A stretch of 64,000 nt of DNA from the NCBI GenBank assembly GCA_963514005.1, contig OY740805.1:12462001-12526000 (forward strand), given 5' to 3'. The notes beneath the pieces are model-generated. The model was not told where the DNA came from and ran no database searches. It saw nothing but the letters and a program-made list of their open reading frames with translations. A program made the position numbers and the translations under genes. The stretch comes from Raja brachyura (taxonomy: Eukaryota). Shown here piece by piece: positions 39,136 through 50,959 of the stretch; the stretch's first letter is position 1, and each line of letters begins with the position of its first letter.

Positions 39136-40466
39136 GTATTCAACCTTATAGTAGGGTTGCCACTTCACCGTAAGATATTTCAGTTATGGGGACTGTCACG
39201 CTCAAGCACCATGTGCAGTTAATTAGAAAGCAGACACCTCTACACTTTACTTTACCTGAGGATGATATGCAGTCCATCTAGTGTAGCAAGAGGCTCTCAG
39301 GTTGTACGGCACAGTCAGATGAGGTAGGGGTGAGCCATGTCTCTGTAAAACACAGAAGTCCCTCTTTTCCCTAACGTTGGTAAGTCTAACTTTAAGTTCA
39401 TCCTAATTGTTTTCAATAGCTGTACATTTGCCGGCAATATGTTTGGGAGGGTATACTTGAAACCACGTTTGTCTCTAATCCAGCAGCATTCTGGTAAAAC
39501 TCTTCCACACCCTCTCCAAAGCTTCCTCATCTTTTTTGCAATGGGCAACTAGAATTGCACACAATACATCAAATGTTGTCTAACCAATGAAGGAGGTGTG
39601 ATTACTAAGTGTGCAGAATGCAGGAAAATTGGTATGTTGACTATGAGAAGGATGGTCTCAGCCAATGTGACATGGAATTTAATCTTCATTATGTGATGTG
39701 TACTTTGGGAGGACCAATAAAGGTCATAAAACACACTGAATGGTCAGACCTGAATGAGGAATGGAACACGATGTTTGGTGGTGAAGGTGGAAGCACAAGT
39801 AGATATGGTAGTAATTTAAACATGAGGTACTTGCGTTTATTATCTAGACACAGCACACCGGAGAATGGAAGTTATGCTCAGAATTTCTACAACATTGTTT
39901 CAATCACAGCTGTAGTTCCCACACTATAGGAAGCAGTGCCAGATTTACCTATAGGCTTGGAAGGCTGAAGCCTAGGGCCTCCAAATCTAGGGGGCCTCCG
40001 GCCAAGGTGTATAATATTTTTGACACTGTCATAAGCCTTTCTTACATATGCTGTCACAACACACTGTAGTCGCTAAACAACCCTTCAGTAATTTTCCTTG
40101 CATTTCAGAATAAAACTGTTTTATGCTGCTAACTCAACACTAGCACTGGCAATAATTAAATGTTTAAAAAGCGCAGCTCTCCAGCCCCTTATCTCATTGG
40201 GCATGCTCAGCTGCACATCGGTGTCAATCTGGTGGCAAACTTTCACACGGGCTCCAGTAAGCTGCAATGGCGGGTGCAGGGAACATCTTTGGATACTTGC
40301 AGGCTTCAAAAGTCAAAACACATGGATAAGTAGGAAAGTACAAAGATATTTGAACTAGGAAGTTGGCAAGGAGCAATGCTAGGGGTAGAGCTGATAATAG
40401 TAAGATTAAACGAGAACTTACAAGTTTGAAGTTTGATCTCGATTTTATGAGGAGTTACGTTGGTGA

Positions 40467-41999
40467 CAGGCACGTGCCGTCAGGGTAGGCAAGGTAGACA
40501 CTGCCTACCCTGACTAAAATTATGAAATGGCAATTATTTAATATAAATAGTAAAGGCATGGGAGAATTATGCCTGTCTAAGAGATCGATCTCTTAGGTAG
40601 GCATAATTCTCCGTGCCTTTCATCCGCAGCGCTTGTAACACGGGAAGCTCTGTGCAGCCCCCGTGCCGTCAGCGCTGCCTGAAGCCGTCAGTTTCAATGG
40701 AAGCTGAAGGCAGCAGAAATTCTGCCTTTGCAGCACTGCGCATGTGCATCATCATTCTGCGCATGCGCAGCGCGAGTTTCTTGGCGGGATGTTCAAATAT
40801 GGATTTCCATTATTTTAATAGTATCTTAGCAAACAAAGAGTGAAGAATGGACTTAATGTGCCAATAATGTGGTAAGTGTATTTCTTGGTGCTTTATGTTT
40901 TTAAATACTGTATTTCCTGGGGTGGGGGGAGAGCTCCGTTCACAGTGTTTGGGCAGTCTGGCGTTGTGAAGGAGGGGATTGGGGTCAGTAACCCACTTGC
41001 CATGCTCCGGTCTGAGTGCAGGTGAGATGGGACTAGGTGAGAGTAAGTGTTCGGCACGGACTAAAAGGGCCGAGATGGCCTGTTCCCGTGGTGTATTGCC
41101 ATATGGTTTTATTGTGGCCGGGGAGTGGATTAGCTGGGGTGGCTGCCGCAGCACTCCGGGCACGGACAGCAGATCTGGCCGCCACTTCCGAGGAAGGAAG
41201 CAGCTCGGGTGATTGCGAATGGCCGCCGGGACCCTGCCACTTCAGCCCCTTCTGCTGGTCCCCACTCACCTCTGGCAGTGCTCTCCGTCTGAACATCTCT
41301 CACCTGCCGCTCGCCGGTCGGCTTCCCGCAAATCTTTAAATTCCGACAGCGCGTTCACGGGACCAGTTGAGGTTACTTGGCTGTGGGAATTTAAGGATTT
41401 GCGGGACGCGGTTGACATGAGCGAAGCCGGCGAACGGCAGGAGAGAGATGTTCAGACAAAGAGCACTGCCAGAGGTGATCAGAAGGCGCTGAAGAACAGC
41501 CGGTTCTGGTGTTGGGTCCCGGCGGCCGCTCGCACCCGAGCTGCTTCTATCCCCGGAAGTGGCGGCCAGTTCTGCTGTCCGTGCCCGGAGCGCTGCGGCA
41601 GCGGTGAGTGAGTTACTGATATGATCTCTGTCCCCCTCCTTCTCAAACTTCTGCCTTCTCGCATATTTAACCCCTGCCGCAGGCTCCCCACACGCTGTGA
41701 AAGGAACTCCCCCTCCAATTGGACCCTTGAATTAGTATTGTCATTCCATAAGATGACAACTGATTCAACGTCCCGGTGTGCTTCCGTTTTTCCCACCATC
41801 TCTCCACCTGCCTTCATCCTCCGTCCCCCACCCATTCAGTAATTAAAAAATGAAGGAGATTTAGAACCCTTGGGAAAATTGAATTGTTACTTATTTTTAT
41901 TTTTTACGAAGAGAACAATCTGCGCATGCGCGGTTTTACGATTTTTTTTGAAAGCCGGCTGACTGCCTACCCTGAGTAATTACTCACGGCACGTGCCTG
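40467..41999. mobile_element. Non-autonomous hAT-type DNA transposon (hAT-B), 1533 bp
   Basis: Perfect 14-bp TIR CAGGCACGTGCCGT / ACGGCACGTGCCTG; perfect 8-bp TSD GTTGGTGA at 40459-40466 and 42000-42007; subterminal CAGGGTAGGCA repeats. Confidence 0.92.
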
Positions 42000-43450
42000 G
42001 TTGGTGATTACATGAAGAAGGCCTGCCAGGCCGCATGCGCAGCAAACTTCAAAGCAGCGGTATGAAATCACAAATAAACAACACCGAAGTAAACAATAAG
42101 ATCAGTGACTCGAGAACTACCAGATGATCTTCTATGAGAGAGGGTTGGGCGTGGTGGGCACGTAATCACCAACGTAACTCCTCATAAAATCAAGATCAAA
42201 TTTCAAACTGGTAAGTTCTTGTTTAATCTTACTATTTTACTTCGGAGTCACGTGAGTGATTCCGTGAAGAGTTCAAAGCTTTGTGATTTCGTGCCGCAGA
42301 TTACAATCTCTGCATCCCACTGCATTTGATTGACTCGAAAGAGAAATAAATGCATTAGTAATAACATTGCATTCAATGTAATGATAGGGTTTATTTAACA
42401 ATGTAAACAAACAACAGTACCGCTAAAATGTAGGTACTTAAAATGTTATTGGCAAACACCCCTGGACTGACAATTGGCCGATGATAAAATTATGAAACAT
42501 CAGCTCAATTGCCCATCCGACAGCAGCTAAAATTTGGTCAAAGGACACATCCCTCCATTTGGCCGCCAACATAGCTGCTGCCCTAGTATAATGAGATGTA
42601 AACACACTATCTAAATGATATACTGACATTGATGCTGACCTGGTGGAATGAGACATACAATCGTCAATGTTAATACCTGTTGCAGCCACCTTGAAATAGT
42701 CTGAACCGACCTTCTCTCGTGTAATTGTTTATTAACTAATACACAGTGCTGAATCCATACTTCTAAGGATTCTGGTGGCCTTGATAACATAAAAAATGAG
42801 ACCGTGGGGTATTCGAAATGATCTTAAAAATCATGCCAGCCCTGGTCTGCTCTGCTCTGCTAGTGTAGACCAGAATGTAAAATGTAATGGCATGAACAGC
42901 CAATTCCATCCTGTCCAGCCACAGCGTTTGCAATGTTTTGCTGTTGTTGTGCTGATATTAGAGTCATGACTAAGGATGTAGCTGGAACCGCTTGGTGAAG
43001 TAATGTTTACAAATTTACAATAACCAACTGCATAATCTTGTGATGTGAGTACTTGTATCAAGATCTTTTTTAAAACTTGATATCTGGGTTGGACCTGACA
43101 ATGTAGTTCCCTTATGTTACAGCTGTAATTTCTCTATAACTGAACTATTGTCAATATCACTTAAAATGAACTGGAAATGTCAGTAATTTGTATCATATCA
43201 AATGTATCATAAATATTTAACAAACATTTCTGATCCCCTCAATAGAGATGTACTGCTTTTTTGGATGCTATCCATGCATACTGCAGTGAACACCCTCATG
43301 GCTAAATGTGACAACCTGAGGCATAAGTTAATCCATTGAAAATGTGTAAGTCAATAATCGTTTACTGTGCAAAGACCAGTCGCCTGAACCACAGTTTAAA
43401 ACAGCAAGTTCTTGCTTTTTGGCATAACTGAATATCGTTGTGCCATAATT

Positions 43451-44830
43451 GTTAGTTTGACGTCAGTGGTGGGCAAATTAATGGAAAGGATACTTAGAGA
43501 TAATATATATAAGCATCTGGAATAACAGGGTCTGATCAAGAACAGTCAACATGGATTTGTGCCTGGAAGGTCATGTTTGACAAACCTTCTTGAATTTTTT
43601 GAAGAGGTTACTAGGGAAATTGATGAGGGTAAAGCAGTGGATGTTGTCTATATGGATTTCAGTAAGGCCTTTGACAAGGTTCCCCATGGAAGGTTGGTTA
43701 AGAAGGTTCAATCTTTGGGAGTTAATGGCGGAGTAGCAAGATGGATTCAACAGTGGCTGCATGGGAGATGCCAGAGAGTAATGGTGGATGGCTGTTTGTC
43801 AGGTTGGAAGCCGGTGACCAGTGGGGTGCCTCAGGGATCTGTGTTGGGTCGACTGTTGTTTGTCATGTACATCAATGATCTAGATGATGGGGTGGAAAAT
43901 TGGATAAGTAAGTATGCAGATGATACTAAGATAGGTGGTGCTGTGTTAATGAGGTAGATTTTCAAAGTCTACAGAGAGATTTGGGCCATTTGGAAGAGTG
44001 GGCTGAAAGATGGCAGATGGACTTTAATGCTGATAAGTGTGAGGTGCTACATCTTGGCAGAACAAATCAAAATAGGACGTACATGGTAAATGGTAGGGAA
44101 TTGAGGAACGCTGTGGAACAGAGGGATCTAGGAATAACTGTGCATAGTTCCCTGAAGGTGGAATCACATTTAGATAGGGTGGTAAATAAAGCTTTTGGTG
44201 TGCTGGCCTTTATAAATCAGAGCATTGAATATAGGAGTAGGGAAGTAATGTTAAAATTGTACAAGGCATTGGTGAGACAAATTCTGGAGTATGGTGTACA
44301 ATTTTGGTCGCCTAATTATAGGGAGGATGTCAACAAAATAGAGAGAGTACAGAGGAGGTTTACTAGAATGTTGCCTGGGTTCCAGCAACTAAGTTACAGA
44401 GAAAGGTTGAACAAGTTGGGTCTTTATTCTTTGGAGCGCAGAAGGTTAAGAGGGGACTTGATTGAGGTCTTTAAAATGATGAAAGGGATAGACAGAGTTG
44501 ACGTGGATAAGCTTTTCCCATTGAGGGTAGGGAAGATTCAAACTAGAGGGCATGACATGAGAATTAAGGAACAGAAGTTTAGGGGTAACATGAGGGGGAA
44601 CTTCTTTACTTAGAGAGTGGTGACTGTGTGGAATGATCTTCCAGCAGAAGTGGTGGAGGCAGGATCGATTGTAACATTTAAAAGTAAAGTGGATAGACAT
44701 ATGGACGGGAAGGGAATGGAGGGGTATAGTCTGAGTGCAGGTAGATGGGACTAGGGGAAAATAAATGGTCGGCACAGACTGGAAGGGCCGAGAAGGCCTG
44801 TTTCCGTGCTGTAATTGTTATATGGTTATA
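43451..44830 (+). mobile_element. Young 5'-truncated CR1 inserted in the old DIRS
   Basis: ORFs 43559-43957 (YMDFSKAFDKVPH, PQGSVLG, YADDTK) and 43981-44613; TTATATGGTTATAT tail. Confidence 0.93.
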
Positions 44831-46064
44831 TAATGCCTGATGAAGCAGGCAACACAGCTGCTGATGAAGCAGGCCAGTCCGATAGTACGAATCCAAACGA
44901 GGTCTTGCTGACTGTTTTAAGACCCAGCTAATGAGGAAGACATAAAGTGCATTCCTCCTATTGAAGCGAGAATGTATTTCTCCACACTGTTGTGTCACAT
45001 ATTTTTGCAGACAGTGAAACATGCATAAACATGACGAACATTTGATGAAGTATTGAATCATGCTTTCATCATACTTTGAGATCCAACACTTATTCTGTGT
45101 TATCATCAATCTAAACTGGACGATACACCAGTGGCAAGGAGATTAATTACAGGATATTCTTCCTAATTACCATGAGACTAACATATGTCACCATTGTAGA
45201 GTAGCAACTTAAATTTGTGCATGAAGAATATGTATATTCACTCAAAACCTTACTCAACGGTGCATTTAGTGTATATATTTAGTTGATACCAACAACTGAA
45301 GAATTGGTAACTCATGCAATCTCCACTACCTTTGAGTAGGTGATGGTACTTTGGAACGTCTCACCTTAGAGCTCTAAACATCAGTTCATAATAACTGAAT
45401 TCAACCGACCACACTACTGTAGCGAGTTTCAAGTTCAATTAGTTATTGTCATGTTCAGCAATGCTGAATCCTGTTACTTCATCATTGTGGCTGAAGTAGC
45501 CTCAGCTGACAATAGCATGAAGTTGTTAACAACGATCTAATTGCTACTTACACAATATCAGTTCCTTGATTCGCTCAGCTGCAACACAGCTGCTATATTG
45601 CCAATTACTCTTACTCAGTTTTGTTACAGATTGCTATAACCCGAATCTCTTGCCACAAGGCGGAGACAAGGCTAATAATAATTAAAGGTAAATCCCAATG
45701 ACCAACAAACAGTTTATCCCATACTGCAAAGCTTTACTGTTATAGTACAGTTATATTGTCTTTGATAACCTTTGTAATGGGATTTGTATAACATGTATCT
45801 CTTACCTTATGAATCTGTTGGTCAGGAATAAGTTTTTACATTCGTAAAGTTCATATGCCCGATACTCTCCATTTCATTTCGGAGTCACGTGAGTGACTTC
45901 GTGAAGAGCCCGCCGGCGCGCATGCTCGACATATCGTCGTATCGCGTTGCTGCGACGGCTGACGGAGGAGCGCGCTCCTCGCCAGCCCTTCATAAGGGAA
46001 CCACGCAGGTAAGTATGCTACCTTAAGTTGGTGGTTCTTGTTGTGTTTGTTTCACAGCAAGAAC

Positions 46065-47798
46065 ATGGATGGGAGAGGCCGGAGTTCGAGGAGAAGTCGC
46101 CGGCCAGCGGTTCCGGAGCGAGAGTTGTCGGGGGTACCTGCAACGCAGACCGGAACGAGGGCGGAGATGTCGGTGAGCTCTGTCTTTTCAGGTCCGGACC
46201 CGCCCGCACACCACAGCTCGGAGGAGTCCGACGAGGAGGAGTGTGGTGTGCCGCCAGAGCAGGACGACCCTGCCATGGCAGCCAGGTCGTCAGCAGGCTT
46301 GCTGACGGCTTCGAGCAGAAGGGTCCGTGCGGCTGCACGGCCCGTTTCACGCAGCCCTCTGAGAAGGGGAAGGGCAGGAGCCCAGCAGCCTAACCCTGTC
46401 GGGGCTAAGGCTCTGCCTGCCGCCCAGGAGCGGTCAGGTTCCAGGACGGGACCCGGGGCAGCTGTGAGGTCCAGCCGTCGCCCCCCAACTTTCGACGCCG
46501 GGACGAGTCAGTTGGGGGTCCCGTCACGGTCGCCGAGCCCCCCATGGATGGGTGGGCGAGACCATGCGTCGGCAAGGTCCACGATGTGGGCAGCTGGCAA
46601 GCCTGCACGGGCCCAAGGTATCCAGGCTTCGGCTGGTGCCGACACCATGCCGCATCTGTCCATAGAGGCAACGGCTTCCGCTCCCGCTAAACGGAGGCGG
46701 TTGAACACGCCCGTGCAGGAATCGCGCAGTTTCGCCTCGGCGGCTGTCGACGACAACTACCGGCACCGGCAGGGCCTCGACGAGGTGCGGGCCGATGACA
46801 GGAGCCCCGGCCAATTTTCAGAGCCGGAGGACTCCGACCACCTGAGTGTTCAGGGTGAAGGGCGTATTGACCGGATGGAGCGGCTGCTGGAGCTTCTCCT
46901 ACAAGGTCAACAACAACAGGCATCCAGCAGCGACAGGCACAGGGCTTCATCACCAGCTTCGTACACCAGCCTGGAGCAGCAGGACGAGGAGGCCGTGGTT
47001 GACCCCATCCCACCCCCGCCTGAATTACCGGCGGAGGACCTCCTCGATGTGGCTACCAAATTTGCAGCCCCTCATTCGTTGGGGCTTCCCATCAATACGA
47101 AGTTGGCAGCCACAGTGGACTTCCTAAATAATCACCAGCTTCAGGAGGAAGTCCTGCTACAAGCCATGAGCCGCCACAAGGCTCCATCAAACTGCAATTC
47201 CCTGAACGTGCCTGTGGTCAATACGCCAATATGGGGCAACATCAGTGCGGCTATCCGTCAGCAGGAGCTGAAAATTCAGCGGATCCTGAAACTCCTCATG
47301 GCCGGGATTACTGCCTTTGTGCGGTCGGTCGACGGAGAGGAGCTTAATTTGGACCAGGAGGATGCTCTGGCGCTTCTGTGCGCTACTCAAAACGAAATAA
47401 ACGGCTTTCGAAAAAACAGCATCCGCCCAGCGCTCAACCCTAAGTTTGCAGGGTTGTGCAAACCACCGCCGCCGCCGCCGCCCCGTCAGCTCTTTGGCGA
47501 AGACCTCTCCAAAAGGGTCAGAGAGCTGGATGAACAAGCCAAGACCGTGGGGCTCATGCGCTCTCACAGTGCCCCCACGCCATCAAGCTCGAAAGCCCCA
47601 CTTGGCCGTTCACGAGGGTCTGTCAGCACTTCCACCAGGAATTACCCTCCAGCTCCAAACCGATATCAGCCACCCCAACCCCAGGGGTCTTTTTTAGGAC
47701 AGGCTCGGCAGAAGCCGAGGTGGAAAATGAGGACGCCACGACCTCAAACCAACCCAGCACCTCCACGACCACCCACTCGTGTCAGGGACCGCCGGTAA
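46065..47798 (+). CDS. DIRS Gag-like protein (ORF1)
   Basis: Open frame 46038-47798; first ATG at 46065 in AACATGG context; low-complexity N-half and helical C-half ending QLFGEDL; first ORF of the element. Confidence 0.85.
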   Translation: MDGRGRSSRRSRRPAVPERELSGVPATQTGTRAEMSVSSVFSGPDPPAHHSSEESDEEECGVPPEQDDPAMAARSSAGLLTASSRRVRAAARPVSRSPLRRGRAGAQQPNPVGAKALPAAQERSGSRTGPGAAVRSSRRPPTFDAGTSQLGVPSRSPSPPWMGGRDHASARSTMWAAGKPARAQGIQASAGADTMPHLSIEATASAPAKRRRLNTPVQESRSFASAAVDDNYRHRQGLDEVRADDRSPGQFSEPEDSDHLSVQGEGRIDRMERLLELLLQGQQQQASSSDRHRASSPASYTSLEQQDEEAVVDPIPPPPELPAEDLLDVATKFAAPHSLGLPINTKLAATVDFLNNHQLQEEVLLQAMSRHKAPSNCNSLNVPVVNTPIWGNISAAIRQQELKIQRILKLLMAGITAFVRSVDGEELNLDQEDALALLCATQNEINGFRKNSIRPALNPKFAGLCKPPPPPPPRQLFGEDLSKRVRELDEQAKTVGLMRSHSAPTPSSSKAPLGRSRGSVSTSTRNYPPAPNRYQPPQPQGSFLGQARQKPRWKMRTPRPQTNPAPPRPPTRVRDRR

Positions 47799-49729
47799 CC
47801 ACAGAGGTGAGGCGATCTGGTTCTCTTTTTTCTCTTTGTTTAACTCCACATGTTGGTGGGCGTTTGCGGTTGTTTGCGGGTGCATGGGGTGACATTACCA
47901 GCGATGAGTATGTGTTACGGAATATTCAGGGCCATAGTATTGAGTTTATTAATGGGGACATCCCTCCACCTCAGCATAGACCGGGTCGTACTTTCAAACT
48001 AACGGCTGCGGAACAGTCAGTAGGCTATAAGGAAATTTTAAGGTTGGAACAGAAAGGGGTCATAGAGAGAACGGTTCATGAGCCCGTTGAATTTGTTTCC
48101 AATATTTTTACTAGACCTAAGAAGGATGGAGGCTGTAGAGTCATTATTGATCTAACCACTCTGAATAACTTTGTAACATATACTCATTTTAAAATGGACA
48201 CGTTTGAAACGGCCAAATCATTGATTTCACAAGGGTGCTTTATGGCATGCATTGATTTACAGGATGCGTACTATACCGTACCTATGAAAAAATATTACAG
48301 AAGGTTCTTAAAATTTATCTGGATGGATCAGCTGTGGCAATATAGGGCGTTGCCTAATGGGCTCACCACAGCCCCTCGCTTATTTACTAAATTGGTGAAG
48401 CCAATTATGGCTTATTTAAGACAAAGACATCATATTGTTATGGCCTATTTAGATGATGTTTTAATTGTCGGCCACACCTTGGAATTAGCACAACAAGGGG
48501 TTGCAGCTGCGGTCAATTTGTTCCAACAGCTTGGGTTCATTGTTCATCCAGAAAAATCTTAGTTCTGCCCCACCCAGGTAATTAATTATCTGGGGTTCCA
48601 GGTGAATTCCATTAGCATGAGAGTCACCATACCAATTAACAAAATTGAGGAGATAACACAGGTGTGTACAGACTTGATTAATACTCGTATACCATCGATT
48701 CGTCACACAGCTACTGTCATTGGCAAGATTGTGGCTTTGTTTCCGGCAGCCCGGTATGGACCTCTGCATTATCAAAACTTGCAGAGAGCCAAGATCGCGG
48801 CGTTGCGACGGCATGCTGGTCATTATGATCGATCAATGCAGCTGCCGCCTGCAGCATTGGATGAGTTACGATGGTGGGTTTGCCACATTAGTAACTCGTT
48901 CAAAACTATTATTGAGGCGAAACCGATGATATACTTACAAACTGATGCGAGCTCTGATGGCTGGGGAGCTACGAATCAATTCTCTAGTTGTGGGGGCCGA
49001 TGGGATACCCTTGAGAATACGATGTTGGTATCACAAGGGATCAACTATTTGGAGCTGCTTGCAGCGTTTCACGGACTTCGTGCATATTGTTCCAAGATCA
49101 TTGGAGCACATGTCCGGCTCCAAATAGACAATACCACAGCGGTGGCATATTTAAACCACATGGGCGGTACCAGGTCAGTTTCATGTGATAAATTGGCTAA
49201 TTCAATTTGGCTCTGGTGTGTCAAGAGAGACATTTGGATTTCAGCTACCTATTTGCCAGGTGAGCTTAATATTGTGGCGGACGCCAGGTCACGCAAGTTC
49301 AATGATAATATTGAATGGATGTTACATCCTGAAATTTTTGCAAAAATCACAGCCAAATTTGGGAAACCGGACATTGACCTTTTTGCGTCCCGGTTGAACC
49401 ATCAGGTACCAACCTACGTCGCGTGGGAACCAGATCCTGGGGCTATAGCGTTAGATGCATTCTCGCTAGACTGGGGGAATTGCTTTTTCTATGCATTCCC
49501 CCCGTTTTGCCTCATCAGTCGGGTATTACGTAAAATTCAGATGGACGGTGCCAAGGGCATCCTTATCATACCCGACTGGCCTACACAGCCATGGTATCCG
49601 ATGGTCTTTGACACGCTCAGTGAACCTTGGGTCCGTTTGCAGGGTAGCCCAGAATTAGTTACTCACCCTGTTTCAGGGGAGCCACATCCCTGCCATGGCT
49701 ATTTAAATTTGTTGGCTTGCAGATTCTGA
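47690..49729 (+). pseudogene. DIRS Pol (RT, RNase H, N6-adenine methyltransferase-like) with a single in-frame TAG at 48560-48562
   Basis: KKDGGCRVIIDL, IDLQDAY, LPNGL, YLDD; TDAS..GWG, INYLEL, IDNTTA, NIVADARSR; DIDLFAS...YAFPPF...PDWPTQPW; ORFs starting at 47720 and 48602 share one frame. Confidence 0.92.
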
Positions 49730-49767
49730 ATCGGCCTTTAGAACAATACGGCCTTTCTACCCGGACC

Positions 49768-50706
49768 ATGGATATCATTGCGGCGTCGTGCCGAGAGTCT
49801 ACAAGGCGAAGATACCGCTCTCACATTAGGAAGTGGGAAGCCTTCTGCAGCCGCTCTCGCATCACGTACGATGCCGTGACTATAACCGACGTCCTGGAAT
49901 TCCTCGCGGGGTTGCACCATGATGAACACTTAAGCTACAGTGCCATCAACAGCGCCAGGAGCGCTCTATCATTCTACCTCAATATTGAGGTGGGATCCAA
50001 CAGGCTAGTGTCCAGGCTCATGCGGGGTATTTTTAATACGAATCCGCCTACACCACGTTACAATATCACCTGGGATGTCAGGGACGTTTTATCTCTGCTC
50101 AGGACGTGGTCCCCCATGGAAGGGCTCCAGCTGGACAAACTCACCATGAAGCTGGTGATGTTACTAGCGCTGACTTCAGCACAGAGGGTACAGACACTCC
50201 ACAAACTACGTGTCGACAGAATGATGTCTACCCCCACAGAAGTAGTTTTCTTTGTTGACGAACTACTGAAGCAACACAGACCTGGGTGCACAGGGCTGCA
50301 GCTGAAGTTCCCGGCATACCCCGCCGATGCTAGGCTATGCTTAGCCTCCCATATCCGTTACTACGTCAAGGTGACGGCAAGCATCAGAGGAATGGAGAGA
50401 TACCTGCTTGTCACTCATAAGAGACCTCACCATCGAGTGACAACACAGACGATATCCAGGTGGCTTCGAGTCGTCTTGGGTAAGTCAGGTATCGACACTA
50501 ATGTGTTCAAATCTCATTCCACCAGGGCTGCATCGACGTCGGCGGCGAGGGTCATGGAGGTGCCCATGGACCATATTCTCGCCACAGCAGGATGGGCTAA
50601 TGAGACGGTGTTCCAGCGGTTCTACAACCGGCCCGTTGCTGCGCCTCTACAGTTCGCAGAAGCCGTGCTAGATGCGGGGCAAGAACGTGGAGATGTCCCC
50701 GAATGA
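49768..50706 (+). CDS. DIRS tyrosine recombinase
   Basis: Frame open from 49717; ATG at 49768 in ACCATGG; catalytic R (SAQRV), HxxR (HSTR), W (AGW) and Y (RFYNR). Confidence 0.95.
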   Translation: MDIIAASCRESTRRRYRSHIRKWEAFCSRSRITYDAVTITDVLEFLAGLHHDEHLSYSAINSARSALSFYLNIEVGSNRLVSRLMRGIFNTNPPTPRYNITWDVRDVLSLLRTWSPMEGLQLDKLTMKLVMLLALTSAQRVQTLHKLRVDRMMSTPTEVVFFVDELLKQHRPGCTGLQLKFPAYPADARLCLASHIRYYVKVTASIRGMERYLLVTHKRPHHRVTTQTISRWLRVVLGKSGIDTNVFKSHSTRAASTSAARVMEVPMDHILATAGWANETVFQRFYNRPVAAPLQFAEAVLDAGQERGDVPE

Positions 50707-50846
50707 GGGGTTTTGATTTGTTTGTTAATAAATATGCTTTGTTTTGCAGTATGGACTAGTCAGCAAGTTATTCCTCCCATCCATCCCTGGTAGTGGTGTG
50801 ACAGCATGGACGTGGTCCAGGGCGTGTCATCACAGAAGCTTTGAAG

Positions 50847-50959
50847 TCTTCACGAAGTCACTCACGTGACTCCGAAATGAAATAGTAAGATTGAACGAGA
50901 ACTTACCAGTTCGAAGGTTGATCATTATTTCATGAGGAGTCGAAGTGAGGGATTTCGTG
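50847..50959 (+). repeat. Internal complementary region (ICR) of the young DIRS
   Basis: 50847-50883 is the reverse complement of 45871-45907; 50881-50959 is the reverse complement of 51103-51181. Confidence 0.95.

Noticed and set aside
49717-50706. Phage integrase or bacterial contamination
   Set aside because: The recombinase is linked to RT-RNase H and DIRS ITR/ICR and is embedded in vertebrate repeats
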